Origin: Trichoplax sp. H2
Taxonomy: Eukaryota
Reading direction: 5' to 3'
NCBI GenBank assembly: GCA_003344405.1
Contig: NOWV01000024.1
Coordinates: 620,001 to 684,000 of the forward strand
Length of the DNA stretch: 64,000 nt
The stretch's first letter is position 1. Each line of letters begins with the position of its first letter. The notes below the pieces were generated by a model. That model saw only the letters and a program-made list of their open reading frames with translations. It was not told the origin of the DNA and did not search any database. Position numbers and translations under genes: made by a program. Of this stretch, positions 54,103-64,000 are shown in pieces.

Positions 54103-56442
54103 CTTTCCTGCCTCTACATCAACTTCAAGTGTTAAAATGGCGTAAATTCCAAAGAAAAGGTAGAAGAATGTTCCAAGAACTTAAATCCTACAAGTATATC
54201 AAAAAATTTTTATAGTGATTGCATTTTCTACGGATCTATTGTCTAAAAAAGTTCTTTCTAATATAATATAGGTTCGGTATAGCACACTTTAAACTGTAAA
54301 AGAAGTTTCACAGCTATAATACAGCTTTTCAAATGAGAAGATATTAACGGTATCCTATCCTATGGAATTCTATCAATATTAAAGCACATTTGATTGGAAG
54401 TACTATTTATAGATGCAATCTGACATCACTAACCCCGATCTACCGGATAGAATAGAAATATACTTGCAAATTCATACTGTATGCAGTAATTGGATTAATG
54501 GTGGTATTAATTATTATTTTAGACATCGATTTTAACGCAATTATACTATAATTAAATTAGTATTTCAAATTGAAAAGAATGTTACTTTAATGGTATATAT
54601 ACGTACAGCAACTTATTATTGGTATTCTTGGCTATCGACCATGTTATTTTATTGTACTATTTACAGTAACCTAATTTTAGTATTTTGCATTTTGTTACTG
54701 TATTTTTAGTGATAGAGCAAAGAAAAATGTTATAAAAAAATTTGGCTACCGGTTTGATGTCTATGAATATTACAGCTAAGACATTATATTTAAAATCTTG
54801 AAAGCATAGAAGAGATTGGATAATAACATTCGGTTGAATAAGCAATGTATGATCCTAGTCGTAATATAATCAATAAAATAACACTATTAATTGGCAGAGA
54901 GGGCTATGTGACTTGTCACTGCAGTTATTGATAGGTTGACTAATATAGCTCTAGAATTATAATTCAATTGAAGACGGCAATCACATATAGAACTTTTTCC
55001 ATCAGAAAAGAATACAGTGCAAGAAAAATAAGCTGTTTGCATGAAGTTTGGAGCTGTTATTAGTTATAAGATTCGATGATTAATATGAAGAAACTTTTTA
55101 AAGGTAGAACTATAAAAATCTCATATTCCTATGAATAATTTTCATACCCTAGATAAAAATTTCATTTGCATCATCCTGTATTTAGTAGACATTTTGATAA
55201 TGTTCCATAATCGAATAAAATAATGGCTGACTTCTTATAACATAATCAGCACTTTACAGTCAGAGCTTTTATATCATTTTAAGGAATACACTACTCTATT
55301 ACATCTACAGTATGTGCAATGTATTAGTCAATCCAAGAAGGCTATCCAATAAAATGGCATAAATAATATCTATTCATCATACTATTGATCGGATTACATT
55401 GAATGACAAGATTTCGTACTCATAGTATTGATAGATTCATTAGTTTGGTAAGATATAAGTACTAATTTAATAAATTAATTAAAATGAAAATTCTACAGCT
55501 TGTTAATGATTAGAAAGGTAGGTGAGATTAAACCATCACAATCCTTTCATCATAAAACTAGTCAATTCATAGTTAATTTACGTAAATATTACTTATCACT
55601 TAGATAATATTATAAAACTGTAGTTATCTATGAAAGAATGTATAGCGTATAGATAGCGGCATTTTTAATAAATACTAAAGTACCCATGCATCATTTGAAG
55701 TACAGTAAATAAGACAAGTATTAGTAAAGCTCCTTCACGACAAATATAGCTAACCTTTACTTCTTTTCTTTTTAGCTATTAATCTTATATGCCCTACTTG
55801 ATGACAGCTTGTATGCTGATCCATATGGACTGCTTTTAACCATAAATTATTATAGCGTACAATAAAGAACTTAGTGAATTTTCTTGATAAAATGCACTGG
55901 TGCTAGGTGTGTCAGAGATGATCGTTACTAACGTATATCTTCATGAAATTTTTTATCACCAGATGGAGATCATATTTAGATTTACTCTGTATTATAGCTT
56001 GAAGAGATTTTCCATGCGTTAGAGAAACTTAAGCATAGCAAAATTATTTATTTAATAGCTAAAAATGGCCATGCACAGTGACAATAGTAAGAGTGGGCTA
56101 TCTCATTCCTTTGGTGAAAAATGTCTTTATTGATTACCGTTTAAATAATATCCATTTTCCTACATATATTTACATTAACTGATATTAAGAAGTTATTAGT
56201 CGATAATTATATCGATTTTTAACCTTTCGTATAGGGCCAATTACGCAATTTTAATAATTAGGATTTAAACTCAACTTGCATACTAACACTAGTATAAAGC
56301 TATTTTTAATCGTTACTTAAATAGGGTATATATCAAGTATTTACGATTTTACATCTATGGCTGATCTTAACACTTGTAAATGTCCTTAAAAACACTTTTT
56401 AATAAACGATGATAATACTATATCGTTCAAAGCACCTGAAGC

Positions 56443-59400
56443 CTAAGCTATTCGAGCTGCTGACGTTTCACCTTGATCATTTTGGCTAAAGTAGCCATTC
56501 ATAACCCTTTTAGAATAGATAATATCCTTAATACGGTCATGAAGTGCTTGATTTTCATCGCTGCTATTCTGTAATTGCAAATTTCGCTGCAATGGATCTA
56601 TTTAATTGAAACCACAATTTTAAAGCGAAATCATCTGTTCATATTTATACCATGATAGTATATTTATGTGATATACTGTTGTCAATACCAGCTGTAATGA
56701 TAAGTACCTGTTGGGTTGGGCTGCTGATCAGGTTCAATTTGAATTTCTAATTTTGGTTTATAAACATTGCTTGCTAAATAAGACACAGTTAATTTTAAAA
56801 CTAAAGGGGACTGACTATAAAAATATGCGGTAAAAAGCATTCGTACTACATTATAAAGCATCGGATTAAGAGCGATTTCAACTACTTATTACGAATTCTA
56901 AAGTCATCAATATTTCAATTGGATGATAGCATTTACGATAGAAGCCATATCTAATTTAGTGCCAGAATGTTACTTAAACTAGAAAGACGAATTAAATGTT
57001 ACCCTCACTATCCGGGCAATCATAGAATTCTCCGGAAATATCACTTAGATTTTCAATTTCATCACAGCTAAAGAAATTTTCTCCTATTGTGGTAATTATT
57101 TAAGATTCTGATATCAATTCAATCAATTTGTTTCACCGTATCGAACTGCTTTCAATTACTGTATACCTGCTTTTTTTGCAGCAATTTTTCGACGTAACTT
57201 GAGTATTAACAGTTTTTGGCGAGCTGTTAATTTTATGCTCTTGTCTTGGGAACCTATTAAGTGAATTAATATTTTTATTAGCCAAATAATATGTTATAAT
57301 GGTGTTTAAATTAAAGATTAATATTTTTACTCAGATATTATACAAGTCGATGGAAGTAGTTTAAAATTATCTTTTACCCGATTCATTTGCTTTAACTTTC
57401 TTATAGAGATTTCTGAGTATTTGTTTTTGTTGTTGCGATAACGTTGGCTTTTTATATGCCTGATCTAGAATAAAGAGTAGTGTATGATCCATTTCTAATG
57501 CTAATTGCTAATAAAATATTGTATCATTTATGGCATTAGTTTTGTTTGCTTTTCCTGATTATTACAGGTCTTCCCTTTACACTTGCAAAATTTCTTACCT
57601 TTTGTAGCTTTCCTTTGCTCCATCAGTTGTGCAGCTATAAGTGAACATGAAGTAGCTATCAAATATTTGTATTTTATTTCGTCAACTTTCGGTATCTTTT
57701 AGAATTTATGTAAAAAATCTCCTCTTATATAAAAATAGTTATGTTAACAAATTATATCAATTCGAAAAGATTTTTTAGCGGTAAAATGGAGTAATTTCTA
57801 TCGGATCCAACCTCGTGCAATAGATTCATATGCTGGTGGTAAATCTATAATAAAAATTTTAAAACCATTTAAGCCTGCTCACTTTAACATATCAATAATT
57901 AGTGATCAAGACATTTGGTAGTCAAGTAAATTTTCTGAAATACCTCTCGTGTTTTCTTTCTTATGTTTGCTAGACAGTTGTTTATGCAGTGATTTTCTCT
58001 CATCTGTAAATAGAAAAGAAAAGGATTTATTCGTACTTAAACGTAGCAATTATCTCATCTTTATTTAAAATAGGATATTCTAGCGATCTAGCGATTGGTT
58101 AGGATGAAATTAAGCAACATTTTCTTCATTAATTTTTATTTGTGCATCATTCCACAATATTGCATGGCAATAGCAATCAATATTACCGTAATATTCATGC
58201 CTTCTTGAAACTCGTGCATGGTCGTCACAATCTTTATTAGGTGAAATTATAATTATAACGGTAAACAAGATTAATCAAACAGCTATAACTTATCAAAAGC
58301 TATTAGGGATTACGGAAATCTTGAAACTTTATATTGCAAATCGCAAGATTGAATACATAGCTAAAATTATTTAAAAGTTAATGGAAGCTGTAAAACTAGA
58401 TCGCAAATCATCTTGATTTTCAATCTTTGATCACTGATTTTGAGCAATAAATTAACACCTATATGAACTCGATATCGTTGTTTCTCATCAGCTGAAAATG
58501 ATCTGCAATTATTAAAGATCATAAAATTTATTAAGTAGTCAGCCAGGAACTCATTACGCAATATCTTTGCTAGATGCAAATCTTCCGTTGATATTTTAAA
58601 TTATACATTATAACATAAGATCTAAAACAAAATTAGCATCTGCTTTATTATCAGAACATACCGATCGTAATATCGATCATCATATCGATCTCTAATGCTG
58701 TCTAGGGATCTTCGACGCCGCCTTCTATATTTTGGAGAATTTCTTCTTCGTGAACTGCTATAATCTAGATACGGCAAAGTAAACCTTATCAAAAAGATTA
58801 GAAACTACAATTTTTAATTAAAACGGACAAGATTAAATTATTTATTTCTCATACACAATGACTAATTTTATTTTCAAAAGAATACTCTGTAAAAAAAATT
58901 GTTCGCTCAACATTTCTAGGTAGACATTTTTGCAGTTAATTTTAAATCGATTATTTCATACAATCAGATCCACTGTAGTAACGATCTTGACGTGAATATC
59001 TCCCTCTTCTTCGTCTATGTCTATAACCTGAGGAAGAATAGCTATCTATCGTTGATGAATCACCAGATGACGAGGAGGAAGATGATGATTTATTCTTCCT
59101 TTTGGATTTCTTCTTCTTAGATTTCTTTTTCTTTGATTCACTCTTTTTCTTCTTATTTTTCTTCTCCTCTTTTTCCTTCTTCTTTCTTTTCCTCCTTCGA
59201 GATTGATTGTCATTGTCTAAGAATGATAAATAGAATTACTGATATAAGGGTAAAATGCCGATTGCAGTAATAGAAGGAGTCTATTACATGGTCATTACAG
59301 ATATAAATTACGTCATTTGCTAGAATATTTAATGAATTACCTAGAGCTTGGTCTTGCGTATTTAAATTCCCGGCTAAACATATCATTAATTTTGTTAAAG

Positions 59401-62400
59401 TGGTAAAGAATAGAATAGTATTACTTACTAAGGTACTTTGTCAAAATTCTGTTAGGGATAAGTACAATGTTCTGTAACTAACTTACATATTCCTGCAGTA
59501 GTAGCTTGTCCTCTAGCATGAAGGACCACTTCGTCTTTATTTTTCCATCGATATTATTGGAGCAAATGATAAATTACTATTAACCTGAGCATTGATATTG
59601 AAATAACTAATGCTACATAGAATTAAAGGAAAGCTGTATGCACAAAAATAAATTAATGTTTGTCAGTTCTATATACTAGTTCTGACAATTTTTACAACAC
59701 ATAAATTTAACCTTCCGATGAGTTGGAATTTTTATGCCGTCCGCAGCATCTGCAACAGGATTTCGAATCTAATAAGATAGTCAAAATTTACGTCTAAGAA
59801 CGTTACATATCTGCATACTTGCACTTTTAGAATACCATCGGCTTTGGTCCGAGCTTCAATTGCCAATATAATTGATGCAACATATTACAGTAGCCAATAT
59901 TTTAGGCTTACCTTTACCACCTTCAACGTCTTTTTTTTTTCTACATTTTGTGCAGCAAAATAATATAGCACATAGGCCACAGCAGCAGAGAACTCTGTTA
60001 ATTCGTTTATCTAGTAAGACATGAAGAAAAAGCAACGTCATGATCGATTTCAGCTATTTTACTGTATATGCGAATTATTGTGGATTGAATAACGCAAAAT
60101 AAATATTATTTATGTAGTACAATTTCGGTAATAATACTAATCAAAGATTAAATCGAGAGAATATAACCGTATTGGCTATCTTGTAAATTACTAACATTGG
60201 CTACCTTATCGATTAACTAGAAAGGTGTCAACAAGATAAGACTATGATATCATCTATCAAATGAATGTAGTAATCGAGAGAATATTAGTATTATTATTAT
60301 GGTACGGTACTGCCTACCAGTATATCGTAATTTTAACTATCTTATTCTACTACTAATAAGTAATAATTGAATTATTATTTAGAAAAATATGGCAAATTAC
60401 TATATTCTATCTATCAAAGTCTTTAAATATAAAGAACTCAGAAAAATGAAGATTATTATATCATCTATAAATGAATGTAGCTATCAAGATAATGCGGTAT
60501 TGCTATTATTCTGGTATTATTACCAGAATATCATAGCTTTGGCTATCTTATTCTATCATTAACTAAATAATAATTAAACAATTAATCAGAAAAATGCGGC
60601 CAATTGATGCTTTCTGTCTATCATGATCTTTATAATTTTATACCACCTATACCATTAATTAGCAATTTAAATGAAGATCACATCCATAATACAGTACAAC
60701 ACTTCATGCGTCCTACTATTATGATACAGCGTCTGTAGAATTGGTTTATTATAATCAGATTAGTCTAATCTCCTTCATATAATACTATATTTACTTACAG
60801 TTACGCATTTTCATGCATAATTTTGGTAGTGCCTTTACTAAGATGGTGAGATAAAGCAGATGTAAAGTTAACAATATCTTAAAATTAAAGATGAAATTAA
60901 TGTTTACAATGCCAGTTATCAACCCCCAGTATGATATTATTAGGAATACAGATATGTGTGAGCAGTAATATCTCAATAGCATTACTTTGGTATGTCAAAT
61001 TGATGCAATAGATTAGGTATAATTACATTTATCGACAACGGCGATAATTTTTCCGGCACTAACTCCATCCCTAAAATTTATTCATTTATTATTATTTTGT
61101 ATCTTAAAGAGTTTCAGATTGAACTTGATTAAAGTTTTAAAACATAAGAAAAATTAGAAGCAATAACATGATATTAAATAAAGAAAGATTGATATAGATT
61201 CAGATAAAAGTGAGGTCGATTTAATTAGACTCTATCCAGTCTTTCTACACTAACTTAGCCATCATGCCAAACTTCAGAGCAAAAACTCCTAAACCAGTAG
61301 CTACAGCTCCTCCGGTAACACTTCCGATAACTGAAGATGTGGTTCTATCTCTCTCATAAACTAGATGAATAACGAAACAAAGTTAATTATTGAGATAGAA
61401 AAGATTCATTCTTAACCAAAATGTGGACTGTGGCTATAATTTAGGATTCACAAGCTTTTTATTTAGCTTGAGGCTCAATTATAATGATTAATACTTACGT
61501 ATTAGCTTGCACTATTACACTAAGTCCTAAGTTTATATTGTAGTCCAGTGCAGTACGTACTCAAGTTGATCGTATTATTATGTCCTCGTTAATTTATTAG
61601 ACTTTCGTATATCTTAGTATTAGTATTAATAAGACTTGACGTCACTTCTCTACAACTTATGATAACTGTTATGTTCAATTGATTTCCGTATTAGGGATTA
61701 TTACTGGTTATGTTCACCATTTTAGGGATGATTACCGTCGTGAGATTATGTTTTAAAATATATTTACTGTTGTCGTGGTTTTATTGGCTTACCTTACAAG
61801 TATAGAGTATTGATGTATTAACTGTAATGGTATAAAAAGGAGATACGATAGAGAAAAAAGGGAGACTTCGGCTTATGTTAAATTTGAATAAGTCATTAAG
61901 TTACTGGTTGGTAACGTGATAATAAAGGAGATTTTTTTAAGTTTAACTTGCAGTCGTGACAATAACAATAAACTAGACTTTAAATTGCTACGCTAATAGC
62001 AAAGTAAGCAATTTCATTCCGAGTAATTATACCGAAAGTTACACCATGGAAAAATGCGTAATAAATCTTTGATTGCATGCAGTATGAACTCGGATAGATC
62101 AGCCGATTATATTAAAAGGTAATCATGCTACCTGTTACATTCCGTGTCACACTTGGAGGGCCAAATGTTCCATGAACAGTTGCTGCTCTGATCTAAAGAT
62201 TATTCAACATTTTGAAGAATTTAAATTTCAGGAAAATTCAGAAAATTTCATTTCAAGAGTGGTTTATCACGCTCTATTACCTACCGTGACATGAAAGACT
62301 GTTCGAACAGGTAATGTACTAATATTATAGAATAAAACGGTATGATCTACTTCGACGATAACATCTTTTTCAAGATCTTCTGCACTTGCATTAAAAGCTT

Positions 62401-63277
62401 CTTTTAAGCTAAACATAATCAAATATCGACGAATAGCACCATTTGGTAATGTAGGCGGCTTCCAAGATACATGAACTAAGGGATTTCCCTTTTTGCTTTG
62501 GGTTTTCACTTTCGTTGGAGGACCAGGAACTACAAAATAGTGAAAGCCATGCATTTTTACGGATAATAAGGGAAATCATAAATTCTTAGTTTACCTACAC
62601 TACATCAGTAATAATGCAATAGTTTTTTTTAATGTATCCTATACTACATGATTTTCTTTTTCATTTACCGCCATCTAGTGTCCGAAAGATTACTGTTTCA
62701 CAAGGTGTCTTTTTCTGTTTACCATCTACGATATGAATCCATGGCACTACTCGTAATGCATAACTTGTAGCTGGTTTCAAGTTAGTTACCATTAATTGCT
62801 TATCTAATGTAATGTTGGCCGTATAAACAGTATAACGACGAAAATTAATATCCTTTAGGCTACAATTAAAACATTCTAAATCAAAAGACATATTCCTTGT
62901 AATTTGTTCCTCGATGCGGCTAAATTGTAAGATTGCCGATGTATTTTTAACAGCCAAATAGAACAACTTGCATACGGGCATTGCTATAATAAATATAGTA
63001 AAAATTACAATTAAATTCTAGTCAAATAAGATGATATAATTATGATCCCAATAGAAATATTAAAAAGATGTTAATTAAGTATTTCCTTATAAGTTTTATA
63101 ATACATGTATATATATATATATACTATACTTACTGATACACTCCCCAGATATGTGCAGAATACTATTCTTCAGACATACGCATTCTCTGGCGCCTTTACG
63201 AATAGTTATCATGCTATTTGGACATCGTTCGCACTTTCCGGACGATGGTAATGATTTATAATAATTAAATTTACAAT
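56443..63277 (-). CDS. Eph-like type I membrane protein B (tandem paralogue of A; 5' exons lie beyond the window), no kinase or SAM domain
   Basis: EGF-like exon 63277-63134 (CKFNYYKSLPSSGKCERCP). FN3 exons 62983-62669 (FDLECFNCS, identical to gene A) and 62529-62285 + 62192-62132 (VPGPP..WKPP..PNG). TM exon 61360-61255. About 18 short tail exons in compatible phase, ending 56597-56443 (...GETSAARIA*). Ectodomain exon boundaries match gene A. Confidence 0.85.
60235..60630. repeat. Direct duplication ~210 bp x2 (intron of Eph-like B)
   Basis: atatcatctat.aatgaatgtag..atc.aga..ctatcttattcta..taataatt.aa..agaaaaat..ggc at ~60247 and 60458. Confidence 0.75.
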
Positions 63278-64000
63278 CTAGAATTGAATCATTCAAAGTA
63301 AATTATCTATGGAAAAAGTGGATAAATAGCGTCACCAATATTTATAGTTAATTGCAGTATCTAATATAAAATATTTCATTCTTCTTAGCGGAAGACTTCT
63401 ATGTAGCAATAGATTTGTATCGTAAGTTTGAAATTGTATTTGGGAAAGGACATACTCAAGCATATATTTTACTATCATTAACGACAAAGAATTTAATAAC
63501 TAATTTGAAGCATAATTTTATTACTAGCTGGTATTACCATCCCTGAATTAAGTTTCCAATTACAAAGCACTATACAGTACATCTTACTAACTGGCATTAT
63601 TATTTTAAAAGATTACTAAGCATCATTTTAAGATATAGAAATTCATCATTACTATTTAAAATATGCTATCCTAGCCTACACTCGAGGATCATTAATTAAA
63701 AACATATTATTTGCTGAACAGCATCACAATTGGTCTATATCTCACTATACGGATATTGAAATTATTGTTTGTTAAAAAGTTTTATGCTATTTTGTCAGCT
63801 ATTACGAAATAAGAACTAATATGCGATTATATTATTTACTGAATTGTATCCCAAGATACATCCGTATATTATTTATTCATAGCCCTAAAATTTTATAGTA
63901 ACTTGTTTTTGCAAGTAAGCTATTGCCGAACATTATTTACAATAGTTTAGATCAAGCGAAATAGAATATTATTCACTGGAAAACAAATACTACTGCTTAC

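Overview
AT-rich, intron-dense eukaryotic DNA. Gene content is metazoan, and the style (many 60-150 nt introns, low GC) suggests an early-branching animal such as a placozoan (inference only). I can reconstruct four multi-exon genes by hand. (1) Cytoplasmic isoleucyl-tRNA synthetase, + strand, 5'-partial, 67-6179. (2) A convergent ELKS/ERC/CAST active-zone scaffold gene, - strand, 17684-6972. (3, 4) Two tandem - strand paralogues with Eph-receptor ectodomains. The complete one (54102-38247) has signal peptide, ligand-binding domain, sushi, EGF-like, 2x FN3 and TM; the other (>63277-56443) is visible only from the EGF-like module onward. Neither has a recognisable tyrosine-kinase or SAM domain. 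Instead both have long disordered tails built from small, mostly phase-1 exons, carrying a cysteine string, a polybasic tract, FFAT-like motifs and a shared 'HDRIK' motif. This kinase-less Eph-like pair is the best candidate for an undescribed system, possibly a ligand-responsive plasma-membrane/ER tether (inference). Also present: a ~20 kb gene-poor interval, many degenerate tandem repeats, and a 20-N gap flanked by a duplicated segment and a probable LTR end.
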